From an uncultured Rikenellaceae bacterium (GTDB taxonomy: Bacteria > Bacteroidota > Bacteroidia > Bacteroidales > VadinHA17), in assembly GCA_964507015.1 (NCBI GenBank), contig CAZDOM010000007.1:1812-65811 (forward strand): a stretch of 64,000 nucleotides of DNA, written 5' to 3'. Of this stretch, positions 10,279 to 19,452 are shown piece by piece. The notes beneath the pieces were generated by a model. That model saw only the letters and a list, made by a program, of their open reading frames with translations. It was not told the DNA's origin and did no database searches. The position numbers and the translations under genes were made by a program. The stretch's first letter is position 1. Each line of letters opens with the position of its first letter.

Positions 10279-11301
10279 ATGGCAGAGATACAAACATTCA
10301 AGTATACTCCGAAAGACTTCAAATCGGACCAGGAGGTACGATGGTGCCCTGGATGCGGCGATCATGCTGTTTTAAATGCTGTTCAGAAAGCCCTTTCCGA
10401 ACTTGATATCCCGAAAGAGAAATTTGTCTTTGTATCCGGTATCGGATGTTCGTCCAGGTTCCCCTATTATATGGATACTTATGGTTTTCACGGAATACAT
10501 GGCCGTGCCTCAGCAATTGCTACGGGTGTTAAAACGGCAAATCCCGATTTATCAGTATGGCAGATCACAGGTGATGGCGATGCTCTCGCAATAGGTGGTA
10601 ATCATTTCATTCATGTAGTAAGGAGAAATATTGACATTAATATTATTCTTTTTAATAATGAGATTTATGGCCTCACCAAAGGACAATATTCCCCCACTTC
10701 AAATAAAGGACTGGTAACAAAAACATCCCCATTTGGAACAGTAGAGGAGCCCTTCTCAGTTGGTGAACTTGCCATAGGAGCCAAAGGAAAATTCTTTGCA
10801 CGTACTGTGGATGCAAATGTTGCCCTCTCTATCCAGGTCTATATTGAAGCTGCCCGGCATAAAGGAACTTCCGTCATTGAAGTTCTTCAGAACTGTGTAA
10901 TTTTCAATGATGGTATTCATGATGAAGTAACAGGTAAGGATGTCAGAGACGACAGAACCATTATTCTGCAGCACGGGAAACCAATGATTTTTGGTAAGAA
11001 TAATGATAAAGGACTGGTACTCGATGGTCTTAAACTCAAGGTTGTAAAACTGGGTGAAAATGGTATCACTGAAAAGGACCTTATAGTACATGATGCATAC
11101 GAATCAAATCCGGGAATTCAGTATATGCTTGCAAATATGAGATACCCTGAGTATCCTGTGGCACTGGGGGTGTTAAGGTCGGTACCAGGTCATACATACG
11201 AGAATGATCTGGAGGAACAGATTAAATATGTCCGCCAAGATGCTACAATTAAATCTGTTGATGAACTCCTTGCCAGCGGTTCAACGTGGAATGTGGAATA
11301 A
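10279..11301 (+). CDS. korB: 2-oxoglutarate/2-oxoacid:ferredoxin oxidoreductase, beta (TPP-binding) subunit
   Basis: WCPGCGDH, GIGCSSRF and ITGDGDALAIGGNHFIH motifs. Starts 1 nt after the korA stop. Confidence 0.85.
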   Translation: MAEIQTFKYTPKDFKSDQEVRWCPGCGDHAVLNAVQKALSELDIPKEKFVFVSGIGCSSRFPYYMDTYGFHGIHGRASAIATGVKTANPDLSVWQITGDGDALAIGGNHFIHVVRRNIDINIILFNNEIYGLTKGQYSPTSNKGLVTKTSPFGTVEEPFSVGELAIGAKGKFFARTVDANVALSIQVYIEAARHKGTSVIEVLQNCVIFNDGIHDEVTGKDVRDDRTIILQHGKPMIFGKNNDKGLVLDGLKLKVVKLGENGITEKDLIVHDAYESNPGIQYMLANMRYPEYPVALGVLRSVPGHTYENDLEEQIKYVRQDATIKSVDELLASGSTWNVE

Positions 11302-11363
11302 CAAAAGCCATTCTTAACCAATCCCTGTTTTAATTTTCTTTCATTAACTTTAGATCCTGAATA

Positions 11364-11377
11364 CCTTTTGCAAAAGG
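11364..11377. repeat. Perfect 14-nt palindrome abutting the start codon of the 1147-aa gene
   Basis: CCTTTTGCAAAAGG immediately followed by the ATG at 11378. Confidence 0.6.
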
Positions 11378-14300
11378 ATGAAAGAGAATAACGATATAAG
11401 TCCCGAATATCATAAATTACTTCACGATCAGCAGGAACGCCTGAAGGAGCTGGGCTGTATTAATCAGACTACATATATCCTGAAGGAGGGTAAACCCATC
11501 GAAGAGACCCTGCAGCAAATTGTATTGCTATTACCGGCAGCCTGGCAATATCCCGAGTATACGGCAGCCCGGATTATGTACCTCGGTAAGTCGTTTGAAA
11601 CACCTGATTTCCAGGAGACTTCATGGAGGATGGTTCAGGAATTCACTACAATTGATGATGAAAAGGGTACTATAGAGGTTTTTTACACAAAGGAATTCAC
11701 AATAGAGACAGAAGGTCCTTTTCTTAAAGAAGAGAGAGACCTGATAAGAAACATTGCCAGCCTTATTACAGGGTATATCAACAGTTATAAGGCACGTGAT
11801 TTTATCAGGAGTACCAGCATAGAAAGGGAAGAAGATGAAGACCTGACACATGTATCAAGCAGGAAACTCCTGCAGAAATTCCTCGAGCGGCATAATGCTG
11901 AACGCGATGTCTTCCATGATCTTCAGCCTTTTAAGGTCAAAGAGATACTTTTGGTGGCAAACCTTTATGATGCTTATTCCATTGAGGGTGAGGGTCGTTT
12001 TTCCGATCATATGCTGGGAGAATACTACCAGCTCAGTCTTACATCACTGCCCAGGGTAACCGGTGTTACAGGAGACGAGGAAGCTTTTAATAAGCTGAAA
12101 GCCAGACATTATGATATGGTCATAATTATGGTGGGAATACACAAGGAGAGACCTATGAATCTTTGTAAGAAGATAAAGGATAAGTATCCATACCTTCCAA
12201 CATTCCTGCTTATTAACAAACCGGAAGATATTAATTATGTAAAGCAACAGAAAGCAGCAGGAGTTCCATTCGATAATTATTTTGTATGGACAGGTGAGTC
12301 AAAGGTCTTTTTTGCCATGGTCAAACTCCTGGAAGACATGGTCAATGTAGATAACGATACAAAGAAAGGGCTTACATGGGTAATTCTCCTGATAGAAGAT
12401 TCATCAGAATATTATTCAAGCTATCTTCCAATGCTCTATACACTTGTTCTTGAGCAGACAAGAAATCTTATAGCAGATGTCTCAACAGATGAACTGTATA
12501 AAGTACTGAGACTCAGGGCAAGACCAAAGATACTTTTAGCCTCCAGCTGGGAAGATGCAATAAATATATATAATAATTACAAGGAGAGTCTTCTGTGTGT
12601 AATCTCTGATATAAGGTTTCCTAAAAACGGGGAATTACATGAAACAGCAGGCTATGACCTGATAAAACTTATTAAGAAAGAACTTCCAAACCTGCCGTCG
12701 GTACTCCAGTCATCCGATCCTGAAAATGCAAAATATGCCTTCGACCTCAAAGCAAGTTTTATTAATAAGAACTCTGAAAGCCTTTTACAGGACCTTAAAT
12801 CATTTATAACTTATTATCTCGGGTTTGGCCATTTTGTTTACAGGGATAATTCAGGCCGTCAGATTGCTGTGGCAAAGTCGATGAAAGAGTTTGAAGCATA
12901 TCTTGAGACTATTCCTGAAGATTCACTGGCTTACCATGCAATGAAAAACCATTTCTCCCTTTGGTTAATGGCCAGGGGAGAAGTTAAAATAGCCAAACTT
13001 ATTAACCCGATAAAAGTCACAGATTTTTCAAGTCTTAAAGAGCTGAGGAAATTTCTTCTTGAGATTATTCGCAAAAGGCGCAGGGAAACAAATAAAGGAC
13101 GTGTGATAAATTTCGAGGAGTCAGCAATAATTGACGAGACAAACGTGGTTAGTCTTTCGGTGGGGTCACTTGGAGGTAAGGGGAGAGGACTTGCTTTCAT
13201 CAATACATTAATTTACAGTTTTGAACTGGGAAAACTACTCCCCGGGATTAATATAAAGGCACCTGTAACAGCAATTATCGGCACTGATGAGTTTGATATG
13301 TTTATGGAACGCAATCATCTGTGGGATAAGGTAAAGACTGAAAGTGATTTTTCGATACTTCAACCTATGTTTCTTGAAGGGAGCCTGAGCTATACTCTGG
13401 ATAAACAGCTAAGGGTTCTTCTTAAACAAACAGATAAACCGCTTGCAGTACGTTCTTCCAGTCTTTTTGAAGATTCAATGAGCCAACCCTTCTCGGGAAT
13501 ATTCGGTACTTATATTCTGCCTAATAACCATCCCGATTTCGAAGTAAGGTTACGGCAGTTGTCTGAAGCAATAAAACTTGTTTTTTCTTCTATTTATTCC
13601 AGAAATGCACGTAACTATTTTGAAGCTATCAATTATAAGATAGAACAGGAAAAAATGGCTGTTGTGCTTCAGGAAGTTGTTGGCCACAGGTATGAAGATG
13701 TTTATTACCCGCATATAAGCGGAACAGCACAATCCTATAATTTCTATCCGGTTGCACATATGACGCCACAGGATGGTTTTGCAGTGATGGCTGTTGGATT
13801 AGGACACTATGTAGTTGAAGGTGAAAAGGCATTCCGGTTCTCACCTGCATATCCGGCTCTCGATATAATATCTCAGAATGACCTCTATAAGAATTCTCAG
13901 GTCTATTTTTATGCCGTTGACCTTAATAAAAAAGACCTTAACCTTCTTGAAGGAGAAAATGCAGGTCTTATTACCCTGGATATAGGTGAAGCTGAAAAAC
14001 ATGGTACTTTAAGCCATTCCGCATCAGTGCTTAATTCCGATAATGATACTATTATTCCGGGACTCGATACACCCGGCCCCAGGGTAGTAAATTTTGCCAA
14101 TATACTGAAATACAATTATATACCACTTTCCTCAACAATCCGGACTATCCTCGATGTTGTTACTGAAGCAACAGGTAATCCTTCTGAGATCGAATTTGCA
14201 TTGGACCTTACCATGGATAGTAATGGCAATGCATCGTTTTACCTGCTTCAAATAAAACCGCTTGTAGGCTCAGGTGCAGGATACAACATTGACCCTGAAT

Positions 14301-14821
14301 CTATTAATGATGATGACCTTATACTTACATCGTCAAAGAGTATGGGTAATGGGTTAATTGACGATATTTCGGATATTGTATTCTTTGACCCTGAAAAATT
14401 TGATAATCTGAAGACTATTGAGATGGCAGAGGAGATAGACAATATAAATGAGAAAATGTTGAAGGAGGGAACGCGTTATATACTCATAGGGCCTGGTCGT
14501 TGGGGTTCAAAAGATAAATTCATCGGTATACCTGTTGTATGGTCACAGATATCTAATGCAAAAGTGATAGTGGAAATAGGCCTCCCGGATTTTCATATAG
14601 ATGCTTCCCTGGGATCCCACTTTTTTCATAATGTTACGTCAATGAATGTAGGCTACTTTTCTATCGACCAGGCGTCAAATGACGGAACCATAAACTGGCA
14701 AAAACTTAGAAAACAAAAGATCATCAGTAAACATAAGTTCTTCAGACATGTAAAATTTGGAAAACCGGTCCTGGTGAGGATGGATGGTAAAAAACGAATA
14801 GCAGTAATTACAACCAGTTAG
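11378..14821 (+). CDS. Multidomain protein of unknown substrate: N-terminal sensory-like module, degenerate receiver, receiver-like domain, PPDK_N ATP-grasp domain, conserved C-terminal module
   Basis: 1147 aa. GSLGGKGRGLAFIN and PLAVRSSSLFEDSMSQPFSGIFGTY match the nucleotide-binding domain of PEP synthase/PPDK. ILLIEDS...VISDIRFP...VLQSS...FINK resembles a CheY-like receiver. C-terminus has ILIGPGRWGS...GIPVVWSQIS...GSHFFHNVTS. No TSHAA-type swivel motif seen. Confidence 0.8.
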   Translation: MKENNDISPEYHKLLHDQQERLKELGCINQTTYILKEGKPIEETLQQIVLLLPAAWQYPEYTAARIMYLGKSFETPDFQETSWRMVQEFTTIDDEKGTIEVFYTKEFTIETEGPFLKEERDLIRNIASLITGYINSYKARDFIRSTSIEREEDEDLTHVSSRKLLQKFLERHNAERDVFHDLQPFKVKEILLVANLYDAYSIEGEGRFSDHMLGEYYQLSLTSLPRVTGVTGDEEAFNKLKARHYDMVIIMVGIHKERPMNLCKKIKDKYPYLPTFLLINKPEDINYVKQQKAAGVPFDNYFVWTGESKVFFAMVKLLEDMVNVDNDTKKGLTWVILLIEDSSEYYSSYLPMLYTLVLEQTRNLIADVSTDELYKVLRLRARPKILLASSWEDAINIYNNYKESLLCVISDIRFPKNGELHETAGYDLIKLIKKELPNLPSVLQSSDPENAKYAFDLKASFINKNSESLLQDLKSFITYYLGFGHFVYRDNSGRQIAVAKSMKEFEAYLETIPEDSLAYHAMKNHFSLWLMARGEVKIAKLINPIKVTDFSSLKELRKFLLEIIRKRRRETNKGRVINFEESAIIDETNVVSLSVGSLGGKGRGLAFINTLIYSFELGKLLPGINIKAPVTAIIGTDEFDMFMERNHLWDKVKTESDFSILQPMFLEGSLSYTLDKQLRVLLKQTDKPLAVRSSSLFEDSMSQPFSGIFGTYILPNNHPDFEVRLRQLSEAIKLVFSSIYSRNARNYFEAINYKIEQEKMAVVLQEVVGHRYEDVYYPHISGTAQSYNFYPVAHMTPQDGFAVMAVGLGHYVVEGEKAFRFSPAYPALDIISQNDLYKNSQVYFYAVDLNKKDLNLLEGENAGLITLDIGEAEKHGTLSHSASVLNSDNDTIIPGLDTPGPRVVNFANILKYNYIPLSSTIRTILDVVTEATGNPSEIEFALDLTMDSNGNASFYLLQIKPLVGSGAGYNIDPESINDDDLILTSSKSMGNGLIDDISDIVFFDPEKFDNLKTIEMAEEIDNINEKMLKEGTRYILIGPGRWGSKDKFIGIPVVWSQISNAKVIVEIGLPDFHIDASLGSHFFHNVTSMNVGYFSIDQASNDGTINWQKLRKQKIISKHKFFRHVKFGKPVLVRMDGKKRIAVITTS

Positions 14822-14836
14822 TAAATATGTTGCTTT

Positions 14837-17809
14837 ATGACAATAATCGACGGTATCCTCGATCTTCAAAAATATGATTTCACTGATACCTCCTTCAATT
14901 TGCTGATGCAGAGGAGAATCCATAAGGTGCTTATAATCTGCAGTAACTATGATAATTACATGCTTGAGGAGGATGGAAGAATTGATGAGCGGATTTTTAA
15001 TGAATATGTATCACTTAACCTCAGGTATCCTCCATCTTTTATACAGACCAACAATGTCGACGATGCCTTTAAAATATTGAAAACAGGGGATATTGACCTT
15101 GTGATTTCAATGGTCAGCCTTAAAGGAACAGATGTTTTTTTTCTTGCTAAAAAAAGCAAGGAGCAATATCCGAATATCCCTATTGTTGTACTAACCTATT
15201 TTTCACGGGAGGTCTCAATGAGGCTGGAAGGAGAAGATCTCAGTGCTATTGACTATGTATTCTCCTGGTTAGGGGATTCCTCTCTTATACTGGCAATTAT
15301 TAAGCTGATCGAGGATAAGATGAATGCTGAACATGATATTGAACAGATTGGAGTCCAGTCTATTATACTCGTTGAGAATTCAATAAGATATATTTCGTCT
15401 TATCTCCCGAATATTTACAGGATAGTATTGATGCAATCGCTTGACTTTCAGCGCGAAGCACTTAATGAGCACCAGCGGATGCTTAAAATGAGAGGAAGAC
15501 CCAAGATTTTGCTTGCAACCAACTTCGAAGATGCAGTTAACATGTATAATAAATATAAATACAATGTTCTTGGTGTTATTTCCGACATAAGCTATAAAAG
15601 GAACGGGATGCCGGATGAGAATGCCGGTCTTGAGTTATGCAAAGTAGTAATGGCTGATGACGATAAGGTTCCCTTCCTTCTTCAGTCTTCAAATATCAAC
15701 CATAAGAGAAATGCCGAAGAACTTGGTGCAGGGTTTATCCATAAATATTCAAAGTCACTGGCCCTCGAACTGCGTAATTTTATAATTCAAAACCTTGCAT
15801 TTGGACCTTTTGTTTTCAGAAATCCGGATACACTCGAACCTATTGCAATTGCTACTGACCTGCAGAGTCTCCAGCAGAAGATACTTACCGTTCCCGATAA
15901 TACACTCGAATATCATGCATCGAGGAATCATTTTTCCAAATGGTTGAATGCCAGAGCTTTGTTCCCTGTGGCGCAAATGTTTAAGTATCTGCGGAGAGAG
16001 GATTTCGACAGTATGGATGAGATGAGGAGATTTCTCTATATCGCCATTTCGAGTTTCCGCCTGGGCAAGGGACGGGGAGTTATAGCTAAATTCGACAAGG
16101 CTACATTTGATGAATACCAGATATTTTCGAGGATAGGAGAAGGATCAATAGGGGGTAAAGCAAGGGGCCTTGCTTTCATCAACAGGATGATCAAGGAAAA
16201 TAAGCTTTTCAATAAGTTTCCCGAGGTCCTCATTACTATTCCCAAGACTGTAGTTCTGAGTACCGACATTTTTGAAGAGTTCATGGATCATAATAATCTC
16301 TATTCTGTTGCTCTTTCCGATATTTCTGATGACGAGATGCTCAACAGGTTTATAAATGCTGAATTACCTGGTCGTGTTTATCAGGACTTCTATGCATTCC
16401 TGGAAGTATCTACGAGCCATCCCATTGCTGTTCGCTCATCGAGTAAACTGGAAGACTCACAATATCAGCCTTTTGCAGGAGTATATTCAACATACATGAT
16501 ACCCAGGCTTGCAGATAACAAGGGTATGGTAAAGATGCTCTCCGATGCAATAAAAGAGGTTTATGCATCAGTTTACTATAAAGCAAGCAAAGCATATATG
16601 ATGGCAACATCAAATGTTATTGATGAGGAGAGAATGGGTATAGTACTCCAGGAGATTTGCGGTAACAGGCATGGGAGTAATTTTTATCCGACAATTTCTG
16701 GTGTTGCACAATCAATAAACTACTATCCTGTAGGTTCTGAAAAGGCCGAAGATGGTATAGCTCATGTTGCGTTCGGACTAGGTAAACTTATTGTTGAGGG
16801 AGGTATATCGCTGCGTTTTTGTCCCAGGGTGCCAAAGAAGATCCTGCAACTTTCATCCCCGGAAACAGCACTTAGAGATACACAGAAAGAATTCCGGGCA
16901 CTTGATCTCAATGTTGACAGATTTGTCCCATCTGTTGATGACGGGGTAAATATCCCGGCAATCGACATTAAAGACGCAAATAATGAAGGGGCGATGAAGC
17001 TTGTAGCTTCGACATATGATTACGAAAATAACATGCTTCATGATGGAATAATACGTCCGGGTAAGAGAGTAATTACTTTTTCCGGTGTTCTGCAGCACGG
17101 TTCCTTCCCCCTGGCCGAAATACTTACGACTCTTCTTGACCTGGGCCAGAAGGAGATGAATAATCCTATAGAGATAGAATTTGCAGCCAATCTGGAGACA
17201 CCACCGGGAACACCGAAAATCTTTAATTTCTTGCAAATAAGACCAATAGTTGATTCCGACGAGACCTATAGCATTAATCTTGATAATATCAGGGCAGAAG
17301 ATACTATTATCTTTTCTGATTCCGCCCTTGGACATGGTATTTTCAAAGGGATACATGATTTTGTGTATGTTAAGCCGGAGACATTTAGTTCAACAATGAA
17401 TAAGACTCTTGCTGATATAGTTGAAACCCTTAATAACGGATTTATCAGAGAGTCAAAGGGTTATGTGCTGGTAGGTCCGGGCCGATGGGGATCACAAGAT
17501 CCCTGGCTTGGGATACCTGTTAAGTGGTCACAGATATCAGCTGCCAGGATCATTATTGAATCAGGATTGGAGAATTACCGTATTGATCCAAGCCAGGGAA
17601 CTCATTTTTTCCAGAATCTCACTTCATTCAGGGTAGGTTATTTCACCCTCAATCCATATATCAATGAAGGTTTTTATGATGTTGATTATCTTAATAAACA
17701 AAACGTGGTTTATGAGGATGATTATGTCAGACATGTACATTTTGAAAAACCTCTTGAAATTATCATTGACGGTAAAAAGCATAAAGGTGCTATAATGAAA
17801 TCCGTATAA
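14837..17809 (+). CDS. Paralogue of the preceding gene: degenerate receiver, receiver-like domain, PPDK_N ATP-grasp domain, conserved C-terminal module; lacks the N-terminal sensory module
   Basis: 990 aa, 15 nt after the upstream paralogue. GSIGGKARGLAFIN, PIAVRSSSKLEDSQYQPFAGVYSTY, IILVENS...VISDISY...LLQSS...FIHK, VLVGPGRWGS...GIPVKWSQIS...GTHFFQNLTS. Confidence 0.8.
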   Translation: MTIIDGILDLQKYDFTDTSFNLLMQRRIHKVLIICSNYDNYMLEEDGRIDERIFNEYVSLNLRYPPSFIQTNNVDDAFKILKTGDIDLVISMVSLKGTDVFFLAKKSKEQYPNIPIVVLTYFSREVSMRLEGEDLSAIDYVFSWLGDSSLILAIIKLIEDKMNAEHDIEQIGVQSIILVENSIRYISSYLPNIYRIVLMQSLDFQREALNEHQRMLKMRGRPKILLATNFEDAVNMYNKYKYNVLGVISDISYKRNGMPDENAGLELCKVVMADDDKVPFLLQSSNINHKRNAEELGAGFIHKYSKSLALELRNFIIQNLAFGPFVFRNPDTLEPIAIATDLQSLQQKILTVPDNTLEYHASRNHFSKWLNARALFPVAQMFKYLRREDFDSMDEMRRFLYIAISSFRLGKGRGVIAKFDKATFDEYQIFSRIGEGSIGGKARGLAFINRMIKENKLFNKFPEVLITIPKTVVLSTDIFEEFMDHNNLYSVALSDISDDEMLNRFINAELPGRVYQDFYAFLEVSTSHPIAVRSSSKLEDSQYQPFAGVYSTYMIPRLADNKGMVKMLSDAIKEVYASVYYKASKAYMMATSNVIDEERMGIVLQEICGNRHGSNFYPTISGVAQSINYYPVGSEKAEDGIAHVAFGLGKLIVEGGISLRFCPRVPKKILQLSSPETALRDTQKEFRALDLNVDRFVPSVDDGVNIPAIDIKDANNEGAMKLVASTYDYENNMLHDGIIRPGKRVITFSGVLQHGSFPLAEILTTLLDLGQKEMNNPIEIEFAANLETPPGTPKIFNFLQIRPIVDSDETYSINLDNIRAEDTIIFSDSALGHGIFKGIHDFVYVKPETFSSTMNKTLADIVETLNNGFIRESKGYVLVGPGRWGSQDPWLGIPVKWSQISAARIIIESGLENYRIDPSQGTHFFQNLTSFRVGYFTLNPYINEGFYDVDYLNKQNVVYEDDYVRHVHFEKPLEIIIDGKKHKGAIMKSV

Positions 17810-17870
17810 GATTTCATTAACGGCATATCGAATTTCAAAATATAATTTTATAAAGCTGCTAAATTTTTCT

Positions 17871-18755
17871 TTACAATAATACTGCAGCTTCAGTCAGGAT
17901 ATCTTTATTTATCTTTTTTATCAATCCCTGCAGGACATTTCCGGGGCCTACTTCAGTAAATGATAAGGCACCGTCAGAAATCATATTCTCTATGCTTTGT
18001 GTCCACAGAACCGGTGAGGTTAGCTGTGCGACCAGGTTTGATTTAATTACCTCCGGATCAGTTGAGGGTTTTGCTGTTACATTCTGATATACAGGGCATA
18101 TTGCCGTATTAAAGTCTGTTTTCCTGATTGCTTCTTCCAGTTCACTCCTGGCAGGTTCCATAAAGGGAGAATGGAATGCCCCGTTAACAGCCAGTTTAAT
18201 AGCCCGTTTAATTCCCTTATCCTTTAGTATTTCAATAGCTCTGTCGATACCTTCGTTTGAGCCTGAAATAACCAGTTGACCCGGACTGTTATAGTTTGCA
18301 GGTACTACGATCTCATCTATTGAGCTGCAAATATATTCAACCATTTTATCTTCAGCACCAATTACCGCCGCCATAGCTGATGGAGCAAGTTCACATGCTT
18401 TTTGCATAGCTGAAGCTCTTTTTGATACAAGAATAAGTCCATCTTCGAATGAAAGCGTTTTGCCGGTAGTAAGAGCGGAGAATTCTCCGAGTGAGTGTCC
18501 TGCAACCATCTCTGGGCTGAATGATTTTCCCATGATAGCAGCAAGTATCGTTGAATGCAGGAAAATGGCCGGCTGGGTAACACTGGTTCGTTTCAGATCA
18601 TCATCACTACCATTGAACATAATATCGGTAATGCGAAAGCCCAGAATAGAGTTTGCTGTTTCGAACATCTCTTTTGCCATGGGGAACTTTTCATAAAGGT
18701 CATAGCCCATACCAGTATATTGTGCTCCCTGTCCGGGGAAAACATATGCTCTCAT
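17871..18755 (-). CDS. fabD: Malonyl-CoA:ACP transacylase
   Basis: FPGQGAQYTGMG, GHSLGEFSAL (active-site Ser), GAFHSP; 294 aa. Confidence 0.92.
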   Translation of the reverse strand: MRAYVFPGQGAQYTGMGYDLYEKFPMAKEMFETANSILGFRITDIMFNGSDDDLKRTSVTQPAIFLHSTILAAIMGKSFSPEMVAGHSLGEFSALTTGKTLSFEDGLILVSKRASAMQKACELAPSAMAAVIGAEDKMVEYICSSIDEIVVPANYNSPGQLVISGSNEGIDRAIEILKDKGIKRAIKLAVNGAFHSPFMEPARSELEEAIRKTDFNTAICPVYQNVTAKPSTDPEVIKSNLVAQLTSPVLWTQSIENMISDGALSFTEVGPGNVLQGLIKKINKDILTEAAVLL

Positions 18756-18804
18756 TTATACAATTATTTTGTGAATTTGGTATAGTTTATAATCAGAGGG
18801 ATCA

Positions 18805-19452
18805 TTAGTGAAGTTTTGACCCGATCAGGTGAATAAACTCTTCACGTGTATTCATATTCTCCAGGAAAATACCGGTGAATGCTGATGTAGTTGTTACCGA
18901 ATTCTGTTTTTGTACTCCCCTTATCTGCATGCACATATGCTGTGCCTCGATGACAACAGCAACTCCCAGTGGTTTGAGAGTCTCCTGTATACAGTTCCTT
19001 ATCTGGGTTGTCAGACGTTCCTGTACCTGGAGGCGTCTTGAATAAGTCTCAACTACACGGGCTATCTTACTGAGTCCGGTTATATAACCATCCGGGATAT
19101 ATGCTACATGGGCCTTGCCGAAGAATGGAAGCATATGGTGTTCACACATTGAATAAAGATCGATGTCTTTCACTATTACCATTTGCCTGTATTCTTCCTT
19201 GAATTTGGCCGATTGGAGTATATGAACAGGATCAATACTATAACCTACAGTTAGATAATTTAACGCCTGAGCTACCCTTAAAGGGGTTTTAAGCAATCCC
19301 TCCCTTTCAGGATCTTCACCTAACAGTTTCAGTATCCTTTTATACATTGTTGCTATCTCCTCGATGACTTCGGAATTCCATGTTTCAATCTTATTGTAAC
19401 CTGTTTCGGTCAATCCGGAACCGTCATTGATTTTTTCAATCTTGTCAACCAT
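18805..19452 (-). CDS. folE: GTP cyclohydrolase I
   Basis: [20 protein letters not shown] and RLQVQERLT signatures. Confidence 0.9.
   Translation of the reverse strand: MVDKIEKINDGSGLTETGYNKIETWNSEVIEEIATMYKRILKLLGEDPEREGLLKTPLRVAQALNYLTVGYSIDPVHILQSAKFKEEYRQMVIVKDIDLYSMCEHHMLPFFGKAHVAYIPDGYITGLSKIARVVETYSRRLQVQERLTTQIRNCIQETLKPLGVAVVIEAQHMCMQIRGVQKQNSVTTTSAFTGIFLENMNTREEFIHLIGSKLH

Noticed and set aside
16853-17356. 167-aa minus-strand ORF inside the second PPDK_N gene. Similar antisense ORFs occur at 10756-11091, 20821-21201, 33174-33518, 42199-42564, 46687-47073, 55045-55452, 57462-57884 and 62954-63370.
   Set aside because: All are embedded in well-supported genes on the other strand, have odd Cys/Phe/Ile-rich composition and carry no motifs. 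I treat them as shadow ORFs.
8433-17809. Treating korAB plus the two PPDK_N proteins as a reverse-TCA or PEP-synthesis operon (KorAB plus PEP synthase)
   Set aside because: The large proteins lack the swivel His and the PEP-utiliser C-domain needed for PEP synthase chemistry, so that simple metabolic reading is not supported. Linkage is kept only as an observation in the main finding.
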